Shown piece by piece: positions 27,087-37,545 of a DNA stretch of 64,000 nucleotides. The notes below the pieces were generated by a model. It was not told where the DNA came from, did no database searches, and saw nothing but the letters and a program-made list of their open reading frames with translations. Source of the DNA: Bacteroidales bacterium (lineage in GTDB: Bacteria; Bacteroidota; Bacteroidia; Bacteroidales; UBA932); the NCBI GenBank assembly GCA_017959005.1, contig JAGDBO010000016.1, positions 46,407 through 110,406 of the forward strand, written 5' to 3'. Each line of letters begins with the position of its first letter. Position 1 is the stretch's first letter. The translations under genes and the position numbers were made by a program.

Positions 27087-29708
27087 ATGTGTTCTACCAA
27101 AAAATTTAGACTGACAAGCTTATTGTCAGCTGTTTGCATTGCCTCAGTTCTCCTTTTGAGTTCTGCGGAAGCAACAGCCCAAAGATCCAAAGATGCTCCT
27201 CAAGGTCCTCCTCCACAGGGTATGAAGGATGGCCAGACTCCGGGTCAGGCTCCAAAGAAGAAGGCTCCTGAATCACTGGAGAAATTCGTTAAGAAAGATG
27301 CAAAGGTTATGAAGGGTCTCACAACCGTTTATAATCAGGATGATAAGTTCTACATCACCATCAATGACTCCATTATTGGAAGAGATATTGAGCTGGTTTC
27401 CAGAATTGCAAAGAGTGCCGAGGGTGCACGCAGAAGTTTCAACGGTTATGCCGGAGACGCTGTTGCAGAGAGCATGGTAAGATTCTCCAAAGGCCCGGGC
27501 AACAAGATTTTCCTCCATCAGGTTCTTCTTAGAGAGAGGGCTACCGGTGAGATGGCTCAGAACGTAAAGAACTCAAATACAGCGGCTATTGTTGCTTCAT
27601 TTGATATTGTTGCACAGAATGAGAACAAGTCTGAGAACGTTATTGACGTCACCAACTTCCTCCTTACAGAGAACTCACTTCTGCACTACAACAAGTATAT
27701 CAAACGCACTTTCTCTCTGCAGGGAATAATGAAAGACCGCTCATATGTTGAAGGTATTAAGACATACCCAATAAACACTGAGTTTAAGAGTGTTATCACC
27801 TACGGCAGAGAGAACGGACAGTCTGCAACCTACGAGTACAACGCCTCTATGGTTCTCCTTCCAAAGGAACCTATGAAGGCCCGTATTGTAGATCCAAGAG
27901 TTGGTTACTTCACCGTAAGATATACAGACTTTGATATGAACCCTCAGGGAGTGGAGAGAGTCTCCATTGTAGCACGCTGGCGCCTTGAGCCGAAACCGGA
28001 AGATCTGCAGAAGTATTTGAACGGAGAACTGGTTGAGCCTCAGAAACCTATCGTGATATATATTGACCCTTCTACTCCAAAGGAGTGGGTTCCATATCTG
28101 ATTCAGGGTGTTAACGATTGGCAGCCTGCATTTGAAAAGGCCGGTTTCAAAAATGCAATTATGGCAAAGGTTGCTCCTACTGCAAAAGAGGATCCTACCT
28201 GGTCTTTGGAGGATGCAACCCACTCAGCTATAGTTTATAAGCCGTCTGACGTCGCTAATGCAAGCGGCCCTCACGTATCTGACCCTAGAAGCGGTGAGGT
28301 TATTGAAACTCACATCAACTGGTATCACAACGTAATGAACCTTTTGAGAAACTGGTACTTTGTACAGTGCTCACCTTCAGACCCTATGGCAAGAAATATG
28401 AAACTCCCAACAGAACTTATGGGAGAGCTTATCCGCTTTGTTTCTTCTCATGAGGTTGGTCACACTCTGGGTCTGCGTCACAACTTTACCGGCAGCAACT
28501 GTCCTATCTACACAGTTCAGAATCTTAAGGATGTTGAGTTCCTGAAGAAGTATGGACACGCTTCATCCATAATGGATTACGCCCGCTTCCTCTATCTTGC
28601 AGAGGAGAAGGACAACATTCCTCAGAACCTTCTTTTCCCTTGCATTGGTCCTTACGATATGTGGGCTATTGAGTGGGGTTACAGATACTATCCTCAGTTC
28701 AAAGATCCAAAATCTGAGAGCGAGTTCTTAAAGAAGATGGTAACAGAGAAACTTAAGGATCCTACCGGAATCTACAAGTTTGGAACAGAGAGCGATCCTA
28801 GTGACCCTCGCTATCAGAGTGAGGATCTGGGAGTTAACCAGATGGAGAGCAATGAGGTTGGTATGAACAACCTTAAGGTTATAATGAATAACATTGAAAC
28901 CTGGACTGCAACTCCTAACGAGCCATACACCAATCTGTCAGACATTTATGACCAGGTTGTAAGCCAGTACAAGAGATATGTAAACCACGTTGCAAAATAT
29001 ATTGGCGGTATCTACACTGAGGAGAAACTCTCTGACGAGCCTGGCGATATCCGTACATTTGTTCCAAAGGCTAAACAGCAGGAGGCCTTGAATTTCCTTA
29101 AGAAACACTTCTTTACAACTCCTAAGTGGTTGCTTAAAGATGAGATCTTCAAGAAGACCAAGAAGAACAAACTTGATGTAATGAACGGTATCTACAAGGG
29201 AACTATCGGGAAACTGATGGACAACAGAGTTCTTGACAATATGTGCAAGGCAGAGGTTGCAAACGGCAAGAGCGCTTACACCATTGAGAACTACTTCAAT
29301 GATATGAACGCTATAGTTTTCTCTCCAATGCCTGCAGACCCTCAGGAGGCTGCTTACAAGAGACTGCTGCAAAAGATTTACGTTCAGACACTTTGCAATA
29401 TGTACACCGGCAGCGGCAACGGAAATTCTACAGGCGGAATGATGGTTATTTACACTCCGGAAGAGAGCGGTAACAGTGATGTTTCCTCAATGCTGCTGGG
29501 ACAGTTGGAGATGCTGCAGAACAAGTTCAAAGCAGCTGCTACATCTTCAACAACTCTCAACGGTGCGCATAACAAGTTCCTCTATGAGAGAGTAAGACGT
29601 GCAATCACAGACCAGAGACAGAAGAGTTCAGCTCCTGCTTCTTCCAACCCAATGCCTTTCATTGATGAGGCTGAAGAGGTTTTTGGATGCTGCAATCTCT
29701 TTGAATAA
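27087..29708 (+). CDS. Secreted zinc-dependent metalloprotease (DUF4953/DUF5117-type)
   Basis: 873 aa with a signal peptide. HEVGHTLGLRHNF zinc motif. Confidence 0.75.
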   Translation: MCSTKKFRLTSLLSAVCIASVLLLSSAEATAQRSKDAPQGPPPQGMKDGQTPGQAPKKKAPESLEKFVKKDAKVMKGLTTVYNQDDKFYITINDSIIGRDIELVSRIAKSAEGARRSFNGYAGDAVAESMVRFSKGPGNKIFLHQVLLRERATGEMAQNVKNSNTAAIVASFDIVAQNENKSENVIDVTNFLLTENSLLHYNKYIKRTFSLQGIMKDRSYVEGIKTYPINTEFKSVITYGRENGQSATYEYNASMVLLPKEPMKARIVDPRVGYFTVRYTDFDMNPQGVERVSIVARWRLEPKPEDLQKYLNGELVEPQKPIVIYIDPSTPKEWVPYLIQGVNDWQPAFEKAGFKNAIMAKVAPTAKEDPTWSLEDATHSAIVYKPSDVANASGPHVSDPRSGEVIETHINWYHNVMNLLRNWYFVQCSPSDPMARNMKLPTELMGELIRFVSSHEVGHTLGLRHNFTGSNCPIYTVQNLKDVEFLKKYGHASSIMDYARFLYLAEEKDNIPQNLLFPCIGPYDMWAIEWGYRYYPQFKDPKSESEFLKKMVTEKLKDPTGIYKFGTESDPSDPRYQSEDLGVNQMESNEVGMNNLKVIMNNIETWTATPNEPYTNLSDIYDQVVSQYKRYVNHVAKYIGGIYTEEKLSDEPGDIRTFVPKAKQQEALNFLKKHFFTTPKWLLKDEIFKKTKKNKLDVMNGIYKGTIGKLMDNRVLDNMCKAEVANGKSAYTIENYFNDMNAIVFSPMPADPQEAAYKRLLQKIYVQTLCNMYTGSGNGNSTGGMMVIYTPEESGNSDVSSMLLGQLEMLQNKFKAAATSSTTLNGAHNKFLYERVRRAITDQRQKSSAPASSNPMPFIDEAEEVFGCCNLFE

Positions 29709-29722
29709 TATTGATTATCAGT

Positions 29723-29759
29723 AAAAAAGAGCGGACAGCAAAACTGTCCGCTCTTTTTT
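29723..29759. terminator. Bidirectional rho-independent terminator between convergent genes
   Basis: AAAAAAGAGCGGACAG-CAAAA-CTGTCCGCTCTTTTTT, a perfect 16-bp stem with A and T tracts on both sides. Confidence 0.85.
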
Positions 29760-30351
29760 ATTTCTTCAATTCAAAACCTACGCGGAGGCCTTTGTAGTTT
29801 TTACTTAGTTTACCTAAAGTCTGAATCTTGGAATCACCGGAGAGTGCAGCCGCAGATTGAAGGATTGTCAGAAGTTTCTGGGATTCAAAGTTTAAACTTA
29901 TTCCCTTAGTAGTTCGTGTTATGTAAGCGGTGCTTGTCATCAGAAGACTTTTTAACTTGATAGCACCCGTTTTTGGATCATATCTGTATGTACCGCTCCA
30001 AGGTAAACCGTCAATGGTTGCTTTAAACTTATTGTCTGCGGTAAAGGTGAAGGTGGTGTTGGAAGAGTTTACTCCCACCATAGCGTAATACTCTTTTAAT
30101 TTGTCTTTTACCTCCGCTGCAGCAACACTTCCTCCCGCCTCTGCAAAGAAACTTTCGCTGGTAAAGGCGCAGCCCGGAGAGGAGTATTTCCAGGTTCCCA
30201 CAATCTGTGCCTGTGTTACCTTTATCTTGCCCGCAACAAAGTTGGCTATGCCGGAGATGGTGTTGCCGAGGCTCTGTGCAGAAGCCTGTGAGGTGCTGAA
30301 TACCAGCAGTATGGCTACAGCTATCGCTGAGAGTGTGATACTTCTTTTCAT
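29758..30351 (-). CDS. DUF4923-like (lipocalin-like) secreted protein
   Basis: Start taken at MKRSITLSAIAVAILLVFSTSQASAQ (ATG 30351). VGTWKYSSPGCAFTSE motif. Confidence 0.6.
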   Translation of the reverse strand: MKRSITLSAIAVAILLVFSTSQASAQSLGNTISGIANFVAGKIKVTQAQIVGTWKYSSPGCAFTSESFFAEAGGSVAAAEVKDKLKEYYAMVGVNSSNTTFTFTADNKFKATIDGLPWSGTYRYDPKTGAIKLKSLLMTSTAYITRTTKGISLNFESQKLLTILQSAAALSGDSKIQTLGKLSKNYKGLRVGFELKK

Positions 30352-30370
30352 CTTTATTTGATTATTCCGT

Positions 30371-31246
30371 TTACAACTGGCTCTCACTTACGGAGTAGGT
30401 GTCTCCCTGGCGGAGGTCTCCGGTGCGGAGTCCCTTCTTGAGCCATCTCTCTCTCTGAGCGGATGTTCCGTGGGTGAAGGCATCCGGAACCGTGTAGCCC
30501 TGAGCCTTCTTCTGGAGGTAGTCATCTCCAATCACCTTTGAACAGTTGATGGCGTTTTGAATATCCTGCTCGTCTATGGAGTTGAACATTTTGTTCTCAT
30601 GGTGTCCCCAAACCCCGGCAAGGAAATCTGCCTGAAGTTCAAGCCTTACGCTCCATTTGTTGGCGGTAGTTTTGTCTGCCTGCTGCATCTTCTGATGCAC
30701 CTGACCCAGCACGCCGAGAAGGTTCTCTACGTGGTGTCCAACCTCGTGAGCAATAACGTAAGCGTAGGCAAACTCTCCGTCTGCACCCAGTTGCTGCTTC
30801 ATAGAACTGAAGAAGGATAGGTCTATGTAAAGTGCCTTATCTGCAGAGCAATAGAACGGTCCTACAGAACTTGTTGCACCGCCGCAACCTGTCTGAACTG
30901 AGTTAGTGAAAAGAACCATCTTAGGAGGCTCGTACTCTGCACCAACCTGATCCCTGAAAATCTCTTTCCACACATCCTCAGTACTTGCAAGAATCTTCTT
31001 TGAGAACTCTGCAAGTTCCTCTTCTTCAGCGGTTGGGGTGTAGTTCTGTGCAGTCTGTGTTCCGCCGCTGAGCAGTCCGCCCTCACTGCCGGCCTCCTGT
31101 AGAACGCTAAGTGGGTTACCGCCTAAAATCCAGGTAATCAGACCAATGATTATAAGTCCTCCAAGTCCCATTCCGGCCTTCTGTCCGGTAGACATACCTC
31201 TGCGGTCGTCCACGTTGGAACTGGTTCTTCTTCCTTCTAGTCTCAT
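30371..31246 (-). CDS. YpfJ-like neutral zinc metallopeptidase
   Basis: Start taken at MRLEGRRTSSNVDDRRG (ATG 31246). One TM segment and HEVGHHVE. Confidence 0.75.
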   Translation of the reverse strand: MRLEGRRTSSNVDDRRGMSTGQKAGMGLGGLIIIGLITWILGGNPLSVLQEAGSEGGLLSGGTQTAQNYTPTAEEEELAEFSKKILASTEDVWKEIFRDQVGAEYEPPKMVLFTNSVQTGCGGATSSVGPFYCSADKALYIDLSFFSSMKQQLGADGEFAYAYVIAHEVGHHVENLLGVLGQVHQKMQQADKTTANKWSVRLELQADFLAGVWGHHENKMFNSIDEQDIQNAINCSKVIGDDYLQKKAQGYTVPDAFTHGTSAQRERWLKKGLRTGDLRQGDTYSVSESQL

Positions 31247-31280
31247 AGTTATGCTGTTTTGTGATGATTCTTCTACAAAT

Positions 31281-31817
31281 TTAAACAATTTTGAGTTTGC
31301 GAACAACCTCCCAAAGTACAACTCCCACACATACGGAGACGTTCAGAGAGTGCTTTGTTCCAAACTGCGGAACCTCAATTGAGAGGTCACTCATATCCAC
31401 AACCTCCTGCTGAACCCCGTGCACCTCATTCCCAAAAACAAAGGCATACCTCTCTCCCTCTTTTGGAGTGAACTCGGAAAGTGTAACGGAATTCTCCGTC
31501 TGCTCAACGCTCACTATGGTGTAACCCTCTTTTTTAAGCTCCGCGATGGCTTCTTTGCTCTCATCATAGTGCTTCCACTGCATTGAGAGCTCAGCTCCCA
31601 GGGCAGATTTGTGAATCTCCGCGCTCGGAGGGGTGGCTGAGATACCGCACAGAATCACCCTCTCTACCGCAAAAGCGTCACTGCTGCGGAATACGGAGCC
31701 TATGTTAAACTGGCTGCGAACGTTGTCCAGGACAACCGTAACGGGAATCTTCCGGCTCTTGGAGAATTCCTCAACGGTCAGTCTCCCCAGTTCGCTGTTC
31801 AGAAGTTTTCTATTCAT
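31281..31817 (-). CDS. SpoU/TrmH family RNA 2'-O-methyltransferase
   Basis: 178 aa. FGNEVHGV and IEVPQFGTKHSLNVSV motifs. Confidence 0.8.
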   Translation of the reverse strand: MNRKLLNSELGRLTVEEFSKSRKIPVTVVLDNVRSQFNIGSVFRSSDAFAVERVILCGISATPPSAEIHKSALGAELSMQWKHYDESKEAIAELKKEGYTIVSVEQTENSVTLSEFTPKEGERYAFVFGNEVHGVQQEVVDMSDLSIEVPQFGTKHSLNVSVCVGVVLWEVVRKLKIV

Positions 31818-31850
31818 AACAATTTATTTTCCGTAAAGGTAATTAAATTA

Positions 31851-31858
31851 CTATATTT
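31851..31858 (+). promoter_or_regulatory. Candidate -7 promoter box (TATATTTG) for glyA
   Basis: TAnnTTTG match 49 nt upstream of ATG 31907. Confidence 0.45.
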
Positions 31859-31906
31859 GCTCACTTTGTTTAGTTTAAAAATTAAAAATGATAAATATTT
31901 AAATAT

Positions 31907-33187
31907 ATGAAACAAGATCTCGAGATATCCGAACTCATAAAAAGAGAAGAAAACCGTCAGAGCAGAGGCGTAGAACTTATTGCTTCTGAGAACTTTGTAA
32001 GTAATCAGGTTCTTGCCGCACTGGGAAGCGTCTGCACAAACAAGTATGCAGAGGGCTACCCTGGCCATAGGTATTACGGTGGCTGCCAGGAGGTTGACAA
32101 GATTGAGCAGGTTGCAATAGACCGTATCTGCCAGCTTTTTGACGCAGAGTACGCAAACGTACAGCCTCACTCAGGTGCACAGGCAAACATGGCAGTAATG
32201 ATGGCTTGCATCAATCCTGGAGATACCTTTATGGGTCTTAACCTGGATATGGGTGGTCACCTCACTCACGGTTCCCCTGTAAACGTATCCGGTAAGATGT
32301 ACAACGCCGTAGCATACGGTTTGGATAAAGAGACCGGTCTCATAGATTATGACGATATGGAGAAGAAGGCTCTGGAGAATAAGCCAAAGCTTATAATAGG
32401 CGGAGCATCAGCATATTCAAGAGAGTGGGACTGGGAGAGAATGAGAGCTATTGCAGATAAGGTTGGAGCTATTCTTTGGGTAGATATGGCTCACCCTGCA
32501 GGACTGATTGCAAAGGGTCTTTTGAAGAACCCTGTTAAATATGCTCACATAGTAACTTCCACAACTCACAAGACACTGAGAGGTCCTCGCGGAGGTATCA
32601 TCCTCGTTGGTAAGGACTTTGAAAATCCTTGGGGAATTAAGACTCCAAAGGGAGAGGTTAAGATGATGAGCGCCATTCTGAACTCATCCGTATTCCCTGG
32701 TATTCAGGGCGGTCCGCTTGAGCACTGTATTGCAGCAAAGGCTGTTGCATTCTTTGAGGCACTGCAGCCTGAGTTCAAGACTTACGTTGAGCAGGTACAT
32801 CGCAACGCAGTAGTTATGGCAGAGGAGTTCATGGCAAAAGGTTACAAGGTTGTAAGCGGCGGAACAGACAACCATATGATGTTGATAGACCTTAGAACCA
32901 AGTTCCCTGATCTTACCGGTAAGGTAGTGGAGAATACTCTGGTTCAGGCAGATATAACTGTCAATAAGAACATGGTACCGTTTGATACCCGCTCACCGTT
33001 CCAGACTTCAGGTATAAGAGTAGGTACTCCTGCTGTTACTACAAGAGGTCTTAAGGAGAACGATATCAAGTTGGTTGTCAATTTGATAGACAAGGTGCTC
33101 AACAACATCTCAGATGAGAAGGTACTCGGAGATGTTCGCCATCAGGTTGAACAGCTTATGAGCGGCAGACCTTTAAACATCTGGTAA
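31907..33187 (+). CDS. glyA: Serine hydroxymethyltransferase
   Basis: 426 aa. PLP-lysine motif [14 protein letters not shown]. Confidence 0.95.
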   Translation: MKQDLEISELIKREENRQSRGVELIASENFVSNQVLAALGSVCTNKYAEGYPGHRYYGGCQEVDKIEQVAIDRICQLFDAEYANVQPHSGAQANMAVMMACINPGDTFMGLNLDMGGHLTHGSPVNVSGKMYNAVAYGLDKETGLIDYDDMEKKALENKPKLIIGGASAYSREWDWERMRAIADKVGAILWVDMAHPAGLIAKGLLKNPVKYAHIVTSTTHKTLRGPRGGIILVGKDFENPWGIKTPKGEVKMMSAILNSSVFPGIQGGPLEHCIAAKAVAFFEALQPEFKTYVEQVHRNAVVMAEEFMAKGYKVVSGGTDNHMMLIDLRTKFPDLTGKVVENTLVQADITVNKNMVPFDTRSPFQTSGIRVGTPAVTTRGLKENDIKLVVNLIDKVLNNISDEKVLGDVRHQVEQLMSGRPLNIW

Positions 33188-33208
33188 AGAGAACATTTAG
33201 ACGAGATT

Positions 33209-35485
33209 ATGAATATTATTAAGAAATCAATCCAGCTCGCAGACGGAAGAACAATTGAAATTGAGACTGGAAAATTGGCCAAGCAGGCAGATGGCTCGGC
33301 CGTTGTAAAGATGGGTGGCACTATGCTTCTTGCCACGGTTACTTGCGCTAAGGAAGCAGAAGAGGATGTTGATTTTCTCCCTCTTCAGGTAGATTACAAA
33401 GAGAAGTTTTATGCAGCCGGCCGTTTCCCTGGCGGATTTATGAAGAGAGAGGGTAAGGCCAGTGATTATGAGATTCTTATTGCACGTCTTATTGACCGTG
33501 CTCTGAGACCTCTCTTCCCGGAAGATTTCCACGCAGCCGTATTTGTAACGGTTAATCTTATATCTGCAGATGCAGACACACAACCTGATGCACTTGCAGG
33601 ACTTGCAGCAGCCGCTGCACTTGCAGTTTCAGATATTCCTTTCAACGGACCTATCTCTGAGGTCAGAGTTGCAAGAATCAACGGTGAGTATTGCATCAAC
33701 CCTGGTTTCAAGGCTTTGGAGAATGCAGACCTTGAGCTGATGGTAGGTGCTACTGCAAAGAACATTATGATGGTTGAGGGTGAGATGAAAGAGGTAAGTG
33801 AGGAGGTTATGCTCGGTGCCATTATGTTCGCTCATCAGGAGATTAAGAAACATTGTGCAGTTCTTGAGGAACTTACAGACGCAGTTGGTAAGAGAGAGAA
33901 GAGAACTTATTGCCACGAGGTTAATGATGAGGCAATTAGAGAGGCATGCGCTAAGTTCTGCTATGACCGTTGCTATGAGATAGCAAAGAGTGCTCTTCCA
34001 AAGCAGGAGCGTACAGAGGCCTTTGAGGCTCTGAAAGAGGAGTTTATGCAGACCATTCCTGAGGAGGAGAGAGAGGAGAAGACTGCAATGGTCAACAGAT
34101 ATTACTCTGCAGTTGAGAAGAAGGCAATGAGAGATCTTATCATCAACGAGGGCAGACGTTTGGATGGCCGTAAGACTACAGATGTTCGTCCTATCTGGTG
34201 TGAGGTAGATTATCTCCCTTGCGCTCACGGAAGTGCAATATTTACAAGAGGAGAGACTCAGTCACTTGCTACCGTAACTCTGGGTACCAAGCTGGATATG
34301 AAGGAGATGGACGAGGTGCTTATTCAGTCTACAGAGCCTTTCGTTCTCCATTACAACTTCCCTTCATTTGCAACCGGTGAGGCAAGAGCCTCAAGAGGAA
34401 CTTCACGCAGAGAGGTGGGCCATGGTAACCTTGCAATGCGCGCACTTAAGCCTATGATTCCAACAGGAGAGGAGAATCCTTACGCAATAAGAGTTGTTTC
34501 AGATATTCTCGAGAGTAACGGATCTTCTTCAATGGCAAGCGTTTGCGCAGGTTGCCTTGCACTTATGGATGCAGGTATTCAGATTAAGAAACCTGTTGCC
34601 GGTGTTGCAATGGGACTCATTGAGCAGGATGGCAAGTTCGCAATCCTTTCAGATATTTTGGGAGATGAGGATCACCTTGGAGATATGGACTTCAAAGTTG
34701 CAGGAACCAAAGACGGTATCACCGCAACCCAGATGGATATCAAGTGTGATGGTCTTTCAGAAGAGATTATGGCTAAGGCACTTGCACAGGCAAATCAGGC
34801 ACGCCAGCACATTATGGGTGAGATGATGAAGACCATCAGCGAGCCACGTCCTGAGCTTAAGCCTTACGCTCCAAGAATTGTTCAGATCAGAATTCCTGGT
34901 GAGTTCATCGGTGCCGTTATCGGTAAGGGCGGTGAGGTTATCCAGAAGATTCAGAAAGAGACCGGCACAACCGTTACTATCACTGAGGAGAAAAAGGATG
35001 ACGGAACCAGCATTGGAGCAGTTGATATCTTTGGAACCAACAAGGAGAGTATGGATAAGGCTCTCAACTGGATTAAGGGTATCACCACAGTTCCTGAGGT
35101 TGGCCAGGTTTATCACGGAAAGATCACCTCAATTCTGGACTTCGGTGCATTCGTTGAGATACTCCCTGGTAAAGAGGGACTACTTCACATCTCAGAGATT
35201 GCATGGAAGAAGACGGAGAAGGTTGAAGATGTCTATAAAGTTGGAGATGAGGTAGATGTTAAACTCCTGGAGATTGATGAGAAGACCGGCAAGATGCGTC
35301 TTTCCGTAAAGGCTCTTCTTCCAAAACCTGAGGGTTACGTTGAGCCTCAGAGAAGACCTCGTCCTGAGGGAAACCGCGGTCCTAGACAGAACAACCGCCC
35401 TCAAAATCAAAGAGGTGGTCACAGCCGTGCTCCGCGCAAGGAGAACGGTGAAAACCGTCCTGCAGAAGGAGAGGCCGAGAACTAA
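33209..35485 (+). CDS. pnp: Polyribonucleotide nucleotidyltransferase (PNPase)
   Basis: 758 aa. Two RNase PH domains, KH ([15 protein letters not shown]) and S1 ([27 protein letters not shown]), plus an R/G/N/P-rich tail. Confidence 0.95.
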   Translation: MNIIKKSIQLADGRTIEIETGKLAKQADGSAVVKMGGTMLLATVTCAKEAEEDVDFLPLQVDYKEKFYAAGRFPGGFMKREGKASDYEILIARLIDRALRPLFPEDFHAAVFVTVNLISADADTQPDALAGLAAAAALAVSDIPFNGPISEVRVARINGEYCINPGFKALENADLELMVGATAKNIMMVEGEMKEVSEEVMLGAIMFAHQEIKKHCAVLEELTDAVGKREKRTYCHEVNDEAIREACAKFCYDRCYEIAKSALPKQERTEAFEALKEEFMQTIPEEEREEKTAMVNRYYSAVEKKAMRDLIINEGRRLDGRKTTDVRPIWCEVDYLPCAHGSAIFTRGETQSLATVTLGTKLDMKEMDEVLIQSTEPFVLHYNFPSFATGEARASRGTSRREVGHGNLAMRALKPMIPTGEENPYAIRVVSDILESNGSSSMASVCAGCLALMDAGIQIKKPVAGVAMGLIEQDGKFAILSDILGDEDHLGDMDFKVAGTKDGITATQMDIKCDGLSEEIMAKALAQANQARQHIMGEMMKTISEPRPELKPYAPRIVQIRIPGEFIGAVIGKGGEVIQKIQKETGTTVTITEEKKDDGTSIGAVDIFGTNKESMDKALNWIKGITTVPEVGQVYHGKITSILDFGAFVEILPGKEGLLHISEIAWKKTEKVEDVYKVGDEVDVKLLEIDEKTGKMRLSVKALLPKPEGYVEPQRRPRPEGNRGPRQNNRPQNQRGGHSRAPRKENGENRPAEGEAEN

Positions 35486-35530
35486 TAAAGCCAACTAGAT
35501 AGAAAAGATTAAAAAAAAGATAGAGAACAG

Positions 35531-35559
35531 AAAGGGGGTGATAAACTCATCCCCTTTTT
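35531..35559 (+). terminator. Rho-independent terminator after pnp
   Basis: AAAGGGGGTGA-TAAAC-TCATCCCCTTT followed by TT. Confidence 0.7.
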
Positions 35560-35571
35560 AACATAAAAGAG

Positions 35572-36354
35572 ATGTCAAAAAGTTTCAACGACAAAAAGTT
35601 CAACTTCTGGTTCAATATGTTCATCCTTGTGGGAATGATCACTGCAATCATTGTTGTAAACTTCTTAAAGATAAGCGCATCCGGAGCATTGACCGTAAAG
35701 CACGTAGTAGTTGTCGTTGGAGCCTTGATGGGCGTAATCAACACCGTACTAAGTGCTAACGGCAACATCTGGACATTCCTCTTTGGTCTTTTGGATGTGG
35801 GAATAGGGGCATACGCCAACTATGACAGCGGCAACATGGGACAGTTTGCCCAGCACGCCTTCTATTTTCTCCCGATGCAGTTCATTGGCTACTACCAGTG
35901 GAGAAAGAGAGGTGCCGGAAAGAGAGAAGAGGGTGGAGAGATCTCCAAAGTGAAGGCCCGCCGTCTTACCGGAAGGCAGTGGATTTACGTCACTTTGATA
36001 CTGATAGCCGGAACGGCAATAGCATACGGCATTCTCTATTGGGTAGATCTTCAGCAGCTTAACGCGGGCAAGATTCAGGAGATAGACAAGGCAAAACTTT
36101 TCTTGGATGCCTTCATCCTTATGCTCAACTTTATGGGACAGATACTTATGTCTTGGGCATATATGGATCAGTGGTATCTATGGAACCTTGTAAATGTCTT
36201 CTCCATAATGCTTTGGACCAACCGTCTTATGAGCGAGCAGAGTGACAGTTACACCATAGTTATGGTAATCAAGTACTCCTTCTATCTGCTCAACTCTCTC
36301 AACGGTCTGCGCATTTGGCTCCGCCTGAGTAAAAAAGAAATCCCCGCCGTTTAG
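35572..36354 (+). CDS. pnuC: Nicotinamide riboside transporter PnuC family
   Basis: 260 aa polytopic membrane protein. WYLWNLVNVFSIMLW-type motif. Assigned from memory of the family. Confidence 0.6.
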   Translation: MSKSFNDKKFNFWFNMFILVGMITAIIVVNFLKISASGALTVKHVVVVVGALMGVINTVLSANGNIWTFLFGLLDVGIGAYANYDSGNMGQFAQHAFYFLPMQFIGYYQWRKRGAGKREEGGEISKVKARRLTGRQWIYVTLILIAGTAIAYGILYWVDLQQLNAGKIQEIDKAKLFLDAFILMLNFMGQILMSWAYMDQWYLWNLVNVFSIMLWTNRLMSEQSDSYTIVMVIKYSFYLLNSLNGLRIWLRLSKKEIPAV

Positions 36355-36367
36355 GCAGGGATCTTTT
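36340..36367. terminator. Shared hairpin terminator between convergent pnuC and rpsO
   Basis: ATCCCCGCC-GTTTA-GGCAGGGAT (one mismatch), with T-runs on both strands. Confidence 0.5.
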
Positions 36368-36386
36368 CCTATGAAATAAGCAACCG

Positions 36387-36662
36387 TTATTTACGGAGGT
36401 TAAGCTCCTTAACGATATTTCTGTATCTCTCAATATCAACCTCCTTGAGATAGTCAAGGAAACGGCGTCTCTTACCAACAAGCATCAGAAGTGCGCGCTG
36501 TGTGGAGTGATCCTTCTTGTTGCGCTTCATATGCTCGGTAAGGTGAGCGATACGGTAGGAAAATAAAGCAATCTGACTTTCAGCAGAACCAGTGTCTTTA
36601 TTAGACTTTCCGTACTTACCAAAGATCTCTTGCTTTTTGTCTGAATTTAAATACTCAGCCAT
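36387..36662 (-). CDS. rpsO: 30S ribosomal protein S15
   Basis: 91 aa. ...GSAESQIALFSYRIAHLTEHMKRNKKDHSTQRALLMLVGKRRRFLDYL... Confidence 0.95.
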   Translation of the reverse strand: MAEYLNSDKKQEIFGKYGKSNKDTGSAESQIALFSYRIAHLTEHMKRNKKDHSTQRALLMLVGKRRRFLDYLKEVDIERYRNIVKELNLRK

Positions 36663-36718
36663 CTGCTTAAGATTTTAATTGTTATTATTAATTTTGTCTC
36701 CCGATTTGTTCGGGGGTG

Positions 36719-36726
36719 CAAATGTA
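36719..36726 (-). promoter_or_regulatory. Candidate -7 promoter box (TACATTTG on minus strand) for rpsO
   Basis: Reverse complement of caaatgta, about 57 nt upstream of the rpsO ATG. Followed by a CCCCGA-N5-TCGGGG hairpin (36699-36715). Confidence 0.45.
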
Positions 36727-36753
36727 TCACTTTTTTCCTCTTTTGCAAAATCA

Positions 36754-37182
36754 ATGACAGTAAAGTGTCCAAAATATTATGACGTGATTGCCGATAATGA
36801 GCAGGAGATGACCCCCTACAGGGTGAACAAGCTGGCTCACAAGGTACTTCCGGAGAGGACAAGGCAGATGTATCTGCTGCTCTCCTCCAAGGTGAAGATC
36901 AAAAACGCCAAGGGGGAGATAGTTGAGGACCCATTCCGTTACAAAAGGGTGGCAATAAAGAACAACCGCACTAACTGGGGCAGTTGCTCAACCCTGCGTA
37001 ACATCAACCTTAATATGTATCTTGTACTGCTCCCAACTGAGCTGATGGACTACGTGATAGCTCACGAACTTTGTCACCTTGTATATCCCAACCACTCAGA
37101 GAGATTTCACGCACTGCTTAACGCAGTGACGGACGGCAAAGAGAGATTTCTTGCCGCCCGTCTAAACCGTTACAGGTTGTAA
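36754..37182 (+). CDS. Short YgjP/DUF45-like zinc metallopeptidase-domain protein
   Basis: WGSCS...IAHELCHLVYPNHSERF. ATG 36754 (MTVKCPKYYD) is preferred over the track start 36679, which lies in the rpsO promoter region. Confidence 0.55.
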   Translation: MTVKCPKYYDVIADNEQEMTPYRVNKLAHKVLPERTRQMYLLLSSKVKIKNAKGEIVEDPFRYKRVAIKNNRTNWGSCSTLRNINLNMYLVLLPTELMDYVIAHELCHLVYPNHSERFHALLNAVTDGKERFLAARLNRYRL

Positions 37183-37184
37183 TC

Positions 37185-37463
37185 CTACTTTTTGCTGAGT
37201 GCGCTAAGACGCTCATATAGAGCATCTATGCCCTCAACGAGCTCTTTGGAAACTCCCCTATAGTATTTGTCCGCCTTAATCTCCTCAGGTCTGTGGTTAA
37301 TCTTGTCAAACAAATCATCCTGCAAATCAAGAGCGTCACCTATAATCTCGCCCACTTTTTCTACGTCTGCTTCTGCATTGAGTTCCAGATAGATGAAGCA
37401 ATCATCAACTACCTCTCCAATGAGGAATTCAACGTCTTTCTTAATGGTTCTTAAGTTTCTCAT
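37185..37463 (-). CDS. Small acidic hypothetical protein
   Basis: Start taken at MRNLRTIKKDVEF (ATG 37463), with a TATATTTG box (rc of 37497-37504) upstream. No recognisable domain. Confidence 0.5.
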   Translation of the reverse strand: MRNLRTIKKDVEFLIGEVVDDCFIYLELNAEADVEKVGEIIGDALDLQDDLFDKINHRPEEIKADKYYRGVSKELVEGIDALYERLSALSKK

Positions 37464-37545
37464 ATATTCTGTTGTTTCTATTTTGTCATCTCTCCACAAA
37501 TATAGCAATAAAATGTTATATTTGCGTTAAGCACATCTATGAAAA

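Noticed and set aside
35486-35571. Possible riboswitch upstream of pnuC, and likewise upstream of the TonB-dependent receptor (61686-61770).
   Set aside because: Both intergenic regions are under 90 nt and are fully accounted for by a terminator hairpin plus a promoter box, leaving no room for an aptamer.
36699-36718. Similarity of CGATTTGTTCGGGGGT (rpsO/ygjP intergenic region) to the 3' end of tRNA-Arg (CGATTCCGTTCGGGGGT), as a possible att-site duplicate.
   Set aside because: The match is only a 9-mer plus a 5-mer, which is expected by chance in 2 x 64 kb. The two copies are in inverted orientation, and the 20 kb between them is core housekeeping DNA.
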